Positions 9,501-19,878 are shown, numbered from the stretch's first letter. The stretch: DNA of 64,000 nt from Candidatus Levyibacteriota bacterium (GCA_016182185.1 JACOXU010000001.1:207251-271250), one strand, 5' to 3'. Numbers and translations: made by a program. The notes: generated from the sequence alone by a model not told the origin.

Positions 9501-10040
9501 TTAAATACCAGGATAAATAACTTTTATTTTTTTTTCTGGAATTTCTAAAATATCCATTACGTCTTTCTTAGTAGAATCCGAGATGCAAAATATCATATCT
9601 GATTCTTTTTTAACCAACTCAAATTTTCTTTTTTGAGTATTGATAATTTTTTTATCCATTTCATTTGAAGCTTTATAAATTGTTAGATCGTAGATAATTG
9701 TAGTCTTTTTTCCATTCCTCAGTGGTGGCTCTGTCCAATCAGATGTCATGAAAATATCGATATCATCGATAAGCTTATCGATCGACAGCACATGAAGCTT
9801 ATTCCATAAAATGTCCAAAAGAGTTGGTGGAAACTTAAATTTCTTTATTGTGACCTTTTTATTAAGCCTGACCTTGTTCTCAAATGGAATAGGCAATGAT
9901 CTTCTTAATGAAGAAAAAAATAAAATATAATAATTTTCTTTATCAATTGCTGTAAGGTTTAATAAAAGATTTGACAGATAATTATAAACTCCGGTTTTGC
10001 TTGGATAAGCAAGCTGAGAGATATCAATTCCAATTCTCAT
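9501..10040 (-). CDS. GT4 N-terminal (acceptor) domain only, 179 aa
   Basis: MRIGIDISQL..TGVYNYL, IYDL, CISDSTKKD, ends KIKVIYPGI-stop; no C-terminal EGFG domain. Confidence 0.75.
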   Translation of the reverse strand: MRIGIDISQLAYPSKTGVYNYLSNLLLNLTAIDKENYYILFFSSLRRSLPIPFENKVRLNKKVTIKKFKFPPTLLDILWNKLHVLSIDKLIDDIDIFMTSDWTEPPLRNGKKTTIIYDLTIYKASNEMDKKIINTQKRKFELVKKESDMIFCISDSTKKDVMDILEIPEKKIKVIYPGI

Positions 10041-10046
10041 ATATTA

Positions 10047-10075
10047 ATTCTAAGTCAACTCAAGGTTATTTTCTA
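10047..10075 (-). promoter_or_regulatory. Putative sigma70 promoter, leaderless type
   Basis: Minus strand TAGAAA-17nt-TAGAAT, 6 nt before ATG 10040. Confidence 0.45.
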
Positions 10076-10941
10076 GTAGATAGATATATTCCCAGAAGAG
10101 CAAGCGTACCTCCGATGAGAAGTCCTAGCGTAAGTCTCTCGCTCAAAAGCACGAATGCTGCTATAAACGCGAAAATTGGCAAAAGATAAAAAGACATTGA
10201 CGCAAATACTGATCCGCCGTGTTTTATGGCGTATTGGTTAAGAAGATAAGTTATTATTGTACCAAAAATTGCTACATATCCAAGAGATAAAATGCTTGGG
10301 AAATTTATAATTGATATCCATTCGTTATTTTTCCAAAAGTCGACAATAAAGATGGGAAAAAGAATTATTGTTGTGATAAGTATGAATACGCTGTTTATCA
10401 AAAATGGTGAGTAATCTTTGCTATATTTTTTGGAAAATACTATATAAAATGACCAAGATAAAACTCCTCCCGCAATCAAGAGATTTCCTATTAAATCTCC
10501 TGCAAACGGCTTACCCTGTTCAAGAACGGGAAGAAAAGCTACAATAGCAACACCGATAAATCCTACGATAATGCCAATAGATTTGCTAATTGATTGCCTA
10601 TCATTAAAAAGAATAAATAAAATTAAAGATGTGATAAATGGTGTCCCTGCATAAAGCAGTTGTCCTATTGTTGCAGTTGTTGTTCTAATTCCTACTATAA
10701 AAAGAATAATATTAAGAGTTGCAAAAAGAGTAAACGGAATTAATTTTTTTAGCTGCTTAATTGAAAAATTATATTTTTTAAAAAATAGAGGAAGTATGAT
10801 TACTGATGCAATAAAAAATCTCAGAAAGGCAAAAGTAAGAGGAGGAATACTTACCAGTCCAATTTTTGTGGCTGTTGTTACCGCACCACCCATCAATGAG
10901 CCAAGGAAAACTGCCAAAAATGCTATTTGCCGATCAGACAT
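10066..10941 (-). CDS. DMT/EamA family transporter
   Basis: About 10 TM in two EamA repeats: PPLTFAFLRF, GIIVGFIGV, GNLL, LSERLT. Confidence 0.9.
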   Translation of the reverse strand: MSDRQIAFLAVFLGSLMGGAVTTATKIGLVSIPPLTFAFLRFFIASVIILPLFFKKYNFSIKQLKKLIPFTLFATLNIILFIVGIRTTTATIGQLLYAGTPFITSLILFILFNDRQSISKSIGIIVGFIGVAIVAFLPVLEQGKPFAGDLIGNLLIAGGVLSWSFYIVFSKKYSKDYSPFLINSVFILITTIILFPIFIVDFWKNNEWISIINFPSILSLGYVAIFGTIITYLLNQYAIKHGGSVFASMSFYLLPIFAFIAAFVLLSERLTLGLLIGGTLALLGIYLSTRK

Positions 10942-10942
10942 T

Positions 10943-11164
10943 TTATTTTGCTTTCTTTAAGCTTAATAGATGAAAAATAACTGAGACTAAAAAAAAGGCT
11001 GCAGCATAATAAGTCAGTCTTTGAGCTGTAAAAAATATTTGGAGATAAAAAAGAGGAATAGATACAATAAGCGAAATAATTCCAGTATATGCCGATATAG
11101 CCGGATTACGCTTTAAAATTAAAAAAACAAAGATAATTAAAAAAATAATATCTTGGATTTTCAT
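10943..11164 (-). CDS. Small membrane protein (about 3 TM)
   Basis: 73 aa, hydrophobic, 1-2 nt spacing to neighbours in the operon. Confidence 0.7.
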   Translation of the reverse strand: MKIQDIIFLIIFVFLILKRNPAISAYTGIISLIVSIPLFYLQIFFTAQRLTYYAAAFFLVSVIFHLLSLKKAK

Positions 11165-11166
11165 TT

Positions 11167-12093
11167 CTATTCATCACTTGAAAACTTAAGCATTTTTCTT
11201 TCGGAAACTTTATCTGAGCTATGAAGAAAAAGATCAGCCAAGAATCCGGTGAAAAATATCTGAATTCCGCTTATAACCAAAAGGATTCCGAGAAAAAGCA
11301 GTGGTCTATTTCCAATTGTATAACCTTCAATACGAAGAACTGTAAGATAGAGAAGAACTATAGTTCCTGCTATAAATAGGAGTCCGCCAACAGGGGCAAA
11401 GAAATGAAGAGGTCTTTTAGCATATTTTGAAAGAAAAAGCATGGTAAACATATCAGGAATTTCAGTAAATACTTTGGAAAATCCATATTTTGATTTACCG
11501 AACTTTCTTTTTTCATGAGTAACCGGAATTTCTGTTACTCTAAAACCATCCTCGTGGAGAAAAAGCGGGATAAAACGATGTCTTCCTCCATATAAATTTA
11601 AGGATTTAGCAGCATCACTTGTATAAAGTTTTAAACCACAATTGTAATCATGCAGCTTTGTTCCCCAAAAGACAGATGCAATCAGATTAAAAAATTTTGA
11701 TGAAATAACCTTTACGATAGAATCCTTACGATTTTTTCTCCAGCCAGAAACAGCATCCCAGCCCTCTTCTTGTTTTTTGATTAATTTTGAAATCTCACTT
11801 GGTTTGTCCTGAAGATCAGCATCAAGTGTAGCTATCAATTCTCCTCTTGCTTTTTGAAATCCAAAGGTTAAGGCTTCTGCTTTCCCCCGATTTCGCCTAA
11901 ATGAAAATATATGAACGCTTTTTTCTTTACTATGAAATTCTTTTAATATTGTAAGGCTATTATCACTTGACCCATCATCAACAAAAATTACCTCATAATC
12001 CACTTTTAGCTTTTTAAATTCTGCTGTAAGCTCTTTAAAAAATGGATTTAAGCTCTCTTCTTCGTTAAAAACAGGCACAATTACGCTTAGCAT
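11167..12093 (-). CDS. Polyprenol-phosphate glycosyltransferase (GT2, ArnC/GtrB/DPM1-like) with 2 C-terminal TM
   Basis: VPVFNEE, DDGSSD, RNRGKA, LDADLQD, DYNCGLK, HRFIP, G.SKY. Confidence 0.9.
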   Translation of the reverse strand: MLSVIVPVFNEEESLNPFFKELTAEFKKLKVDYEVIFVDDGSSDNSLTILKEFHSKEKSVHIFSFRRNRGKAEALTFGFQKARGELIATLDADLQDKPSEISKLIKKQEEGWDAVSGWRKNRKDSIVKVISSKFFNLIASVFWGTKLHDYNCGLKLYTSDAAKSLNLYGGRHRFIPLFLHEDGFRVTEIPVTHEKRKFGKSKYGFSKVFTEIPDMFTMLFLSKYAKRPLHFFAPVGGLLFIAGTIVLLYLTVLRIEGYTIGNRPLLFLGILLVISGIQIFFTGFLADLFLHSSDKVSERKMLKFSSDE

Positions 12094-12099
12094 ATGCCT

Positions 12100-12108
12100 A
12101 TTTTACCA
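12100..12108 (-). promoter_or_regulatory. Putative extended -10 box (TGgTAAAAT) overlapping the upstream stop codon
   Basis: TGG TAA AAT aggcat ATG(12093); 6 nt to the start codon. Confidence 0.4.
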
Positions 12109-14166
12109 TTTTTTACTTATGTAGCCAAAAATAAGAAGACCTAGAACCAAAGAAACACTAATTAAACTTATCACAACTCCCCTATTGACCCAGTCTTGGG
12201 GGGTATAGTAGATCTCAAGCGTATAATCCCCGCCCTTGGGAAGAGTAAAGCTATTGAATAAATTACTATATTTATGGCTTTTTATACTAATCTCATTATT
12301 TCTTGCCACCCAATATTTATCAAAACTTTCAGAAAAAACAAGAACGTCGTTTTTCTGTGCATTTTTCACTGAAAGTTTATATTTCGTTGGATTAATAGAT
12401 TGAAAACTAATTTCTAAATTTTCCGACGGACTCCAAAAATGACCTCTTGGATCTAAGATTTCAAAAACTGTAATCTTCCCAAATCCCTTAACTTCCTTTA
12501 GCCAATTAATTTTTCTCACGTCTTCTATCGTTTTCAGATATAACGAATCAAAATATTTTCTGTCTTTTAAGAAAATCTCGTGTTGTGAATCAAAGGGGAC
12601 AATTACATATTTAACAGAAAGGTTTTGAAGCTCTACTTGTGATTTTTTATCATTCAGATATTTAACGACATCATAAGGATTATATTTATTTATAAATTCC
12701 TGGCCTGAAATTGAAGGATGAATATCTGATCGAAATCCAAATCTTTCATGTGTAGGGATCCAAAAAGTTCTGTAAAAAACTTTTTCTTTTGATAAGAAAT
12801 TTGCAAGTTTTACATATTCCTGAGGTAAACTTTGTTGCCTGAATGTTCCAGTCAACTCTCCAAAAAATGCAGGGCGGATTAAATACAATAGATATAAAGT
12901 TATAAATAACAAAAAAAAATTCTTTACATTTAGGATCTTGCCTTTGGTGGTTATTTGAAATTTGAAGTTAGAAATTTGAAATTTTAGCTGAGATTCCAGC
13001 AACTTATATAATTTCCAAATGCTAAATGGGATTAGTATTGAATATGAGAGAACAACTAGAAAATACCATTTAGTCGGATCTCTAAACATTACAAATCCCG
13101 GGATATGTTCAAAAAGCCATAAATATATTCCGCCAAATGGGTCATTTGCCCCTTTTGCCAAAAAGGAACCAATTAAGCCCAGGAATATAAAAAAAATTAT
13201 ATATTTTTTTTCATCTTGAGCTAATTTTTTGACAAAAAATAAACTTAAGTATGCAAGAATCGGTATTAGTAAAAACTCTGATTTCATAAAATAAACTTTA
13301 CCAAAAATATTTTCCGGCCAATATGGATGAAGCATTGATATTGTCTGTTCAAATTTTGCAAAACTAAGATATGGAACTATTTCCACCGATGAATAAGCCG
13401 GTCCAAGTTGTTGTATGGGATTTTGCTTAGTAACCAAAAGGGGAATAAGCCAAAAAGCATGAACCAAAAAAGCAATTACACCAGGAGGAACAAAAATAAC
13501 TATAAATTTCTTTATTAAGTCTATGCTATTCCTATTTGCGAGCTGAACAACTATGAAGTAAATCAATACAGAAACAATTGTCGCGTAAAATGCTCTAGGA
13601 TCAAATATTAATTGTAGGGCAATAATTAAACCGGTCAGTATTGATTTCTTAAGATCAAAGTGTTCTTCTTCAATAAGTTTTATGAAAATCCCCAAAACTA
13701 AAGGGGCGATTGCGTAGGCGATTGCAATTGCCATTTGCCCTCCCCCCACAATCATTAAAAGATATGTGTTAAAGATAAATACAAAAGGAGATAAAAAGGA
13801 AAGTTTATTCTTAGGCATCGTTATCTTAAACAAATACCAGGAGGATAAAAATGAAATCAGAATAAATGGCCAAAACCAAATTAATCTTTCTATAAATATC
13901 CATGGAAGATTAAAGTATCTGAATAACACAATCGTTGTGGTTGAAAAATAGGTATGAAGACCTAAAATAAAATTAATATTTATACCCGTATTGCTTAATA
14001 GATAACTCCATACATAGGGGAAGATGGTAAGGCTTTCTATTTGATTTTCAAATCTGAAATTCCAATCACCTGAGGAAATAACATCAAAAGAAAGCCAAGT
14101 TTTAAAAACGGCCAGAACGAGAAAAAAAATGAACAAATATGCAAGCTTTGTAATTATATTTTTCAA
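12103..14166 (-). CDS. GT-C membrane glycosyltransferase (AftD/DUF3367/YfhO-like)
   Basis: SSGDW, AYAIAP, HAFWLIP, AKG, FRDPTKW; C-terminal INPTKY..LVFSESFDKYW..YTPQ + TM. Confidence 0.7.
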   Translation of the reverse strand: MKNIITKLAYLFIFFLVLAVFKTWLSFDVISSGDWNFRFENQIESLTIFPYVWSYLLSNTGININFILGLHTYFSTTTIVLFRYFNLPWIFIERLIWFWPFILISFLSSWYLFKITMPKNKLSFLSPFVFIFNTYLLMIVGGGQMAIAIAYAIAPLVLGIFIKLIEEEHFDLKKSILTGLIIALQLIFDPRAFYATIVSVLIYFIVVQLANRNSIDLIKKFIVIFVPPGVIAFLVHAFWLIPLLVTKQNPIQQLGPAYSSVEIVPYLSFAKFEQTISMLHPYWPENIFGKVYFMKSEFLLIPILAYLSLFFVKKLAQDEKKYIIFFIFLGLIGSFLAKGANDPFGGIYLWLFEHIPGFVMFRDPTKWYFLVVLSYSILIPFSIWKLYKLLESQLKFQISNFKFQITTKGKILNVKNFFLLFITLYLLYLIRPAFFGELTGTFRQQSLPQEYVKLANFLSKEKVFYRTFWIPTHERFGFRSDIHPSISGQEFINKYNPYDVVKYLNDKKSQVELQNLSVKYVIVPFDSQHEIFLKDRKYFDSLYLKTIEDVRKINWLKEVKGFGKITVFEILDPRGHFWSPSENLEISFQSINPTKYKLSVKNAQKNDVLVFSESFDKYWVARNNEISIKSHKYSNLFNSFTLPKGGDYTLEIYYTPQDWVNRGVVISLISVSLVLGLLIFGYISKKW
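12953..12987. repeat. 7-nt tandem repeat (ATTTGAA-like, about 5 units), in frame
   Basis: atttgaa atttgaa gttagaa atttgaa attttag; encodes LKFQISNFKFQI. Confidence 0.7.
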
Positions 14167-14172
14167 TCTAGC

Positions 14173-15384
14173 CTACTTGTTGGTTTTAATAAATTCTTCA
14201 ATCGCATCAATCATATAATCGAGCATCTCTTTTGTCTGAGAAGAATGCACGCCGAGCAGGAATGAATCTCGATGAACCTTATCCGCTGTTTCTAGTCCGC
14301 CTACCAAAATGACAGGTAAGGATTTGAATCCTGATTGACGAAGAATATTTCCGGCGAAGAAAAGACGGGTTCTAATCTTATTTTTTTCTAAAAATTCTAC
14401 CAGATCTTTCCTACTAAAAGGAACTTTATCTCTCAAAGTTAAGGGAAAATTGAACCATGATGGATTAGCCTGTGGCAAAGTTTCAACAAAATGAAAGTAA
14501 TCTCCCAACTTATTTAATTTTGTCATAAGATATTTAAAATTTTTTCTTCTATCCCTGTGGAAATTTTCTAGCCTGTCCATTTGAACCAAGCCAAATGCTG
14601 CCATAATTTCAGGTACTTTAAAATTATAGCCTATTTCAGAATATGAATACCTATGGTCATAAGGAACTCCATTGCTTATGCTATCAAAATAAACACCATG
14701 ATCTTTGTCGTAACCTAATGTAATCTGTTCTTTTCCCCATTCCCTAAGGCTTTTAACCCGATAGGCAGACTTTTCATTTTTTGAAAGAACTATTCCTCCT
14801 GCACCTGCAAGTGTCATGTGATGGCTGGCATAGAAAGAGCATGTGGAAAAATTGCCAAACGAACCTGTTTTTCTACCATAAATTTCACTTCCTAAACCAT
14901 CACAGTTATCTTCAATAACCTGAAGCTTATACTTAGATGCAAGATGCATAATTCTTTTCATATCAACCGGATTACCAAGGGTGTGAGCAAAAATTATTGC
15001 TTTTATATCTTTATGTTTCTTAACCGCCTGTTCAACTCTATCAAGATCGATGTTTAAACTTTTAAGATCAACATCAACGGCAACAACCTGAAGATGGGAG
15101 TGCCATATAGGAGAAAGAGTCGAAGGAAATCCAGCTGCGCAGGTCAAAACCTTACTCCCCTCGGGAAGATTTAGCACACGTATAGCCAGAAGGTTTGCGG
15201 ATGAACCTGAGTTTACCAGACTTGCATAGGGCATTCCGATATATTTTGCAAAACGTTTTTCGAAACGCTCTGTCAGTCGTCCAGTACCAAGCCATCCGTA
15301 TTTTAGGCAATCCACGACTGCGTTTATCTCTTTCCCATCATAAACTGCTTTTGCAAAAAATATCTGATCTTTTCTTTTCTTCAC
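14173..15384 (-). CDS. PLP/PMP-dependent NDP-4-keto-6-deoxyhexose 3-dehydratase (RfbH/DdhC/ColD-like, DegT fold)
   Basis: VNSGSSANL, AHTLGNP, EDNCD, SFYASHHMT (His in the Lys position), YDHRY..IGYN, TRLFFAGN. Confidence 0.8.
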   Translation of the reverse strand: MKKRKDQIFFAKAVYDGKEINAVVDCLKYGWLGTGRLTERFEKRFAKYIGMPYASLVNSGSSANLLAIRVLNLPEGSKVLTCAAGFPSTLSPIWHSHLQVVAVDVDLKSLNIDLDRVEQAVKKHKDIKAIIFAHTLGNPVDMKRIMHLASKYKLQVIEDNCDGLGSEIYGRKTGSFGNFSTCSFYASHHMTLAGAGGIVLSKNEKSAYRVKSLREWGKEQITLGYDKDHGVYFDSISNGVPYDHRYSYSEIGYNFKVPEIMAAFGLVQMDRLENFHRDRRKNFKYLMTKLNKLGDYFHFVETLPQANPSWFNFPLTLRDKVPFSRKDLVEFLEKNKIRTRLFFAGNILRQSGFKSLPVILVGGLETADKVHRDSFLLGVHSSQTKEMLDYMIDAIEEFIKTNK

Positions 15385-15456
15385 AAGATTTTCCTAAAAG
15401 TTTTTATTTTGGAGTATATCATAGTGAAATTTCAATAGTAAAGAAGAATTTTCAAG

Positions 15457-16470
15457 TCAATGTTGCTTAACATTTTTCTTTACCCACAAATAAAGTTTTT
15501 CCAGCCCTTCATAAACACCTGTTTTTGGTTCCCATCCAAAATCTTTTTTTGCTTTACGAATGTCCGAGATATAAATACGCTGATCTCCCGGACGCCAGTC
15601 CGAAAAACTAACGTTTATCCTTCTTTTCATCAATTTTTCAAGCATTGGCTTGAATTCAATCCAAACGGAAATTGATTTATCTGTTCCTCCGCCGATGTTG
15701 TATATCTGCCCTTTCGTTTTACTTATGTTCTTTATTGCAAGCTCAAATGCCCTGATGAGATCTTGAATAAATAAAACATCTCTTACTTGTTTGCCGTCAC
15801 CGTAAATTGTGAACTTTTGTCCTAATGTAAGTGCAATAATAAACCACGCCAGCCAGCCCTGATCTTCGACTCCATATTGGTGCGGTCCGTAAATACAGGA
15901 TTGCCTAAAAACTATGGTTTTTAATCCATAGATTCTCGCATAATCCCGAACATATTGATCCGCAGCTCCCTTACTGCACCCATAGGGAGAATGAAAGTCT
16001 AAATTTCTCTCCTCTGAAATACCGTTTGGAAAATCCTCAAGTACGTACCTTGTTCTTTTTTCTCCAATCCTAAGATCTTCAAGTCCGCCGTAAACTTTAT
16101 TGGTTGAACTATACAAAATAATAGGTTTACTTTTGGATAAGCGGATTGACTCAAGGACATTTAATGTTGCAAGCGTGTTATTTTCAAAATCATCGCGTGG
16201 GTTTTCAACAGAGGTCGTAACTGCGACCTGACCTGCAAAGTGAAAAACAACATCACTGCCTTCTACCGCCTTTTTAAGAGAGGTGAAATCTCTTACATCT
16301 TTTTCCGCAACCCTTACCTTTGGGAAATTCTTTGATAAAAACACAAGATTTTTCTCAACATTTTTTCTTGAAAGATTATCATATATCGTCACTGAATCTT
16401 CTTTCTTTAAAAAATGTATAGCCGTATTTATACCGATGAAACCCGCTCCTCCCGTGATTAAAATTTTCAT
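15457..16470 (-). CDS. rfbE: CDP-paratose 2-epimerase (CDP-tyvelose synthase)-like SDR
   Basis: TGGAGFIG, AGQVAVTTS, SSTNKVYG, FHSPYGCSKGAADQY, EDQGW, WRPGDQ. Confidence 0.8.
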   Translation of the reverse strand: MKILITGGAGFIGINTAIHFLKKEDSVTIYDNLSRKNVEKNLVFLSKNFPKVRVAEKDVRDFTSLKKAVEGSDVVFHFAGQVAVTTSVENPRDDFENNTLATLNVLESIRLSKSKPIILYSSTNKVYGGLEDLRIGEKRTRYVLEDFPNGISEERNLDFHSPYGCSKGAADQYVRDYARIYGLKTIVFRQSCIYGPHQYGVEDQGWLAWFIIALTLGQKFTIYGDGKQVRDVLFIQDLIRAFELAIKNISKTKGQIYNIGGGTDKSISVWIEFKPMLEKLMKRRINVSFSDWRPGDQRIYISDIRKAKKDFGWEPKTGVYEGLEKLYLWVKKNVKQH

Positions 16471-16514
16471 ATTTTATTATTTAAAGATTATTATGAATAA
16501 TTCCCAAAAAAATA

Positions 16515-18179
16515 TTATAATTTTTTTTGAATTTCCCTAGTTATATCATAAATCTCATTTTTTTCAGAATTATAGCGAAATGCTGTAATATTTTCCTTTT
16601 TAAATTTTTCGTTTGCGATCTCTTCTTTTAGCTTAGTAAGATCGGTAAAGAAGCCGAATCCCTGGCCATTTTTTTCAAAATACCCCTGGTTTCCTAGCTT
16701 CCAGAAAAAATTATCAAGCAAAAAGGGATTTAACCTATCTGTATTATTTTTGTATGCATAGACAACTAAAAGTGTGTATCCAATTCCATTTTGAAATGGC
16801 AAGGGATTATTTGGGACAATAAAACTATGATCACTTTCTATATAAATTACCTCCCTCTGTGCAATAATTGGATGCTTCACTAATATTTCAGAAAGAATAT
16901 GTCTTTGAATTGCTCCCCTTTCTTTAAGAAAACTTATCTGATCTTGAATAAAACCAGCATTCATAATTAAATAGAATCCTATCAAAAAAAGGGTTACGGA
17001 GTAAATTGGTAGTGAAAGTTTTATATTATTGGTTATTCTTTTTAATCCTCCAAAGAAGCCTTGAAAGCCCATGCCGATTATTAAGACTAAGGGAGCCGCA
17101 GGGAGATAATAATATCTCGACTCTAAATACCCATTTGGCTTTATTAACACGATAAAAGGAATAAAGGCTAATAAATAGAAGGGGAAAGAAAAAATTATCG
17201 GCCATTTCTCTTTGCGCGAAAATAAAAAAAATAATATTGGTAGAATAAACAACGAAGCAGCCAAAACTGAAATAAACTCTACGATTATCTGTTCTGATAT
17301 GATTCCTGCATACCCTGTAGGCTCAAAATAGGGGAAAATAATTTCCGTAACCTTTCTTGATAAAGGAAAAATGATTTCTCCGGGAATGATTATCTGCGAC
17401 AATGATTCGAAAGGATAGGTTATTGCAGCCCAAACCAATCTCAGTAAACCACCAGATACTTCGCTACCTATATATCTAGTATTACTAGTAACGGTGAAAA
17501 AAAGACTTAAGAATTTTAAAACAAATATTAGGATCCCCAAAAATAAAAAAAAGAACGAAAATCGGGAAACTTTTACCTTATTTTTTTTGCTGATAAAATA
17601 AACAAATTCGACGAATGGAAAAAGCAAAAACAAAAAAAGGGCGTTTTCCTTAAAACCTAGTGAAATAGATAGAGTTATAACTGATCCAATTAGATAGAAT
17701 GTTTTCTTTGAATGTAAAAAATTCAAAAAAAAGAGTATCGATAATAAAATAAAACTTACTGCCGGAAGTGTCCCCGTGGATGCTCCAAACCATAATACTG
17801 CTTGCTTGCTTGTCGCATTGAATATGAAAAACAGCACAACTAAAGCTGAAAAAAAATGATTTCTGATAAAACGGTAGGCAATTTTATAAAGCAGGTAGGA
17901 ATTTATTGTGTGAAAAAAAGTCGAAAATAAAAATAAGGGGATAATATTGAGGGGAAATTGTCCAAAAAGCACCAAGTTTGTCAATCTGGCTAATGGCCTG
18001 TTCTCCAACAATAATAATCCTGTGAGAGATGGACCTGAAAAAATATATGAGATCCCTTCAGCTCTCAGCGTTCCCAGCGTATGCCATTCATCTTGTTGAT
18101 AAAAAGTTTGTATTAAATCTCTGTATAAAAATAGAATTATAGCAAAGAAAAAAATGATTATAAAAACGTCTCTTTTCAT
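16515..18179 (-). CDS. GT-C membrane glycosyltransferase (TMTC/GtrII-like)
   Basis: FYQQDEW, RPL, H.INS.L, QAVLW, FKEN, SRYYYLP; multi-TM. Confidence 0.65.
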   Translation of the reverse strand: MKRDVFIIIFFFAIILFLYRDLIQTFYQQDEWHTLGTLRAEGISYIFSGPSLTGLLLLENRPLARLTNLVLFGQFPLNIIPLFLFSTFFHTINSYLLYKIAYRFIRNHFFSALVVLFFIFNATSKQAVLWFGASTGTLPAVSFILLSILFFLNFLHSKKTFYLIGSVITLSISLGFKENALFLFLLFPFVEFVYFISKKNKVKVSRFSFFFLFLGILIFVLKFLSLFFTVTSNTRYIGSEVSGGLLRLVWAAITYPFESLSQIIIPGEIIFPLSRKVTEIIFPYFEPTGYAGIISEQIIVEFISVLAASLFILPILFFLFSRKEKWPIIFSFPFYLLAFIPFIVLIKPNGYLESRYYYLPAAPLVLIIGMGFQGFFGGLKRITNNIKLSLPIYSVTLFLIGFYLIMNAGFIQDQISFLKERGAIQRHILSEILVKHPIIAQREVIYIESDHSFIVPNNPLPFQNGIGYTLLVVYAYKNNTDRLNPFLLDNFFWKLGNQGYFEKNGQGFGFFTDLTKLKEEIANEKFKKENITAFRYNSEKNEIYDITREIQKKL

Positions 18180-18928
18180 TTTTTTTCTAAATAAATTATA
18201 AGATTTGAGGAAAAATATGGTATCAAAGAAAAAATGTAGTCAAGCAAATCATACACTTGTTGTAGTCCAGGAGGAAATTCATACTTAATAGTTGCTCCAC
18301 GCAATGCCAGTAATTTGAAATTATAAATTTTGGCCATATCTTTTATCGCCAATGCTGTAAAAATTCTTATATGACCGACGGGCTGTGTATTATGGAGAAT
18401 TTTTTTTAATACACCCAAACCTACACTTCTGTCTTTTGTGCTCATCTCGCAGAAAGTCGGAACAATTCCCACAACACAAAGTAATCGTTGATACCAAGCG
18501 AGAAGATTTGGTGTTGTGATAACGACCCTGCCTCCTTTTTTTAACACTCGGTTAAACTCTTCGAAATACCTATCCGTATCTAGAATATGTTCAAGAACTT
18601 CTTGCGAAACAATAAAATCAAAGTAATTGTTTGGGTAAGGAATTTTTTTATTAAGATCTGCCACTTTTGTTTCGACGCAATATTTTTTAGCCAATCTACA
18701 TCCCTCTCTTGAAATATCTACTCCATATAATTTCACCGTAGAAAAACGCGCTGCGATTTCTTTTGCCAGGCCACCATCCCCACAGCCAGCGTCTAAAATA
18801 TTTCCTTTGAATTTGAGGTTTAATTTATTAATAAGCAAAGATAATCGTAGTGGATAATAATGGTCTTTTCTCCATTGAATCATTTTTTTTTCGTAACGAG
18901 TTGTCTGGTAGTATTGATCTATTTTCAT
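18176..18928 (-). CDS. Class I SAM-dependent methyltransferase
   Basis: ILDAGCGDG, GVDIS, FDFI..EVLEH, RVLKKGG, TTPN. Confidence 0.9.
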   Translation of the reverse strand: MKIDQYYQTTRYEKKMIQWRKDHYYPLRLSLLINKLNLKFKGNILDAGCGDGGLAKEIAARFSTVKLYGVDISREGCRLAKKYCVETKVADLNKKIPYPNNYFDFIVSQEVLEHILDTDRYFEEFNRVLKKGGRVVITTPNLLAWYQRLLCVVGIVPTFCEMSTKDRSVGLGVLKKILHNTQPVGHIRIFTALAIKDMAKIYNFKLLALRGATIKYEFPPGLQQVYDLLDYIFSLIPYFSSNLIIYLEKK

Positions 18929-19866
18929 CTTATCTTTAATTTATATAAAAAAAATATTGCAACGTATACAACTATGGTAAGAAAAGAAACTATTGGGTGC
19001 CAAAACCAGATCGGATTCTTACTCTTATTATACATTTTTATTGCCTCAATTAAGGGAGCGACAATTGAAAGATTATAAAGTACTGCCAAAAAAAAGTCTA
19101 TCTTCGAAGTTTTATCTACCCATGTTTCCTGACCTCTGTTCTTTCTTGCCATAAATTTTTTGCCAATTTTAATTCTTTTTTTGACATAGCCCCCTAGAGA
19201 AGAAACGTAATGATGATAGATGCCGATATTCTTAGGCACTGCATAGCGAACGAGCCCCCCGCTTACAAGTTTTGACACAAAATTAACTTCTTCAAATCTA
19301 TCGCCAAATCCTATTCTATCGATAAAATTTTTTCTATATAAAAATCCGTTTGCACCTATAACCGGTGCTTCTCCTATCTTAAGTTCATAGATTAGATAAT
19401 CTTTCTTTTCAATTATATTTGCTCTTGGATGAAGTTTTCTCGCTAATGGATCGGCAATCCTCAGAAGAGCAAAATATTGATTAAGAGAAGAGTCGTTTTT
19501 CCGAACTAGCCACGGTGACTCTACGCCAAAAACTCTTCTGTCTTCTTTTAACGGTTTTAGCATCTGCGTCAGCCATATTTTTTCAACCAACTCGTTATCA
19601 GCATCGATAAGCGCAATTATTTCTCCTTTTGCATTTTTTATACCTATCGCTTTTCCTCTTTCAGCATCACGAAGTTGGTTCTTAAGAATCTTAGTTCCCC
19701 ATTTTTTGGCAACCTTGATGGTATTATCAGTACTCCCCCCATCTATAACTAGAATTTCATACTTATTTTTTGGATAATCCTGTTTTCTAATACTCTTAAG
19801 ACACCTATCTAAAAACTTCTGTGCATTGTATGTTGGAATGATAATTGAAACAAAATATTTTCTCAC
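18925..19866 (-). CDS. GT2 glycosyltransferase with C-terminal TM
   Basis: SIIIPTYN, DGGSTDNT, IDADN, IGANGF. Confidence 0.85.
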   Translation of the reverse strand: MRKYFVSIIIPTYNAQKFLDRCLKSIRKQDYPKNKYEILVIDGGSTDNTIKVAKKWGTKILKNQLRDAERGKAIGIKNAKGEIIALIDADNELVEKIWLTQMLKPLKEDRRVFGVESPWLVRKNDSSLNQYFALLRIADPLARKLHPRANIIEKKDYLIYELKIGEAPVIGANGFLYRKNFIDRIGFGDRFEEVNFVSKLVSGGLVRYAVPKNIGIYHHYVSSLGGYVKKRIKIGKKFMARKNRGQETWVDKTSKIDFFLAVLYNLSIVAPLIEAIKMYNKSKNPIWFWHPIVSFLTIVVYVAIFFLYKLKIR

Positions 19867-19878
19867 TCTAGAAAAAAT

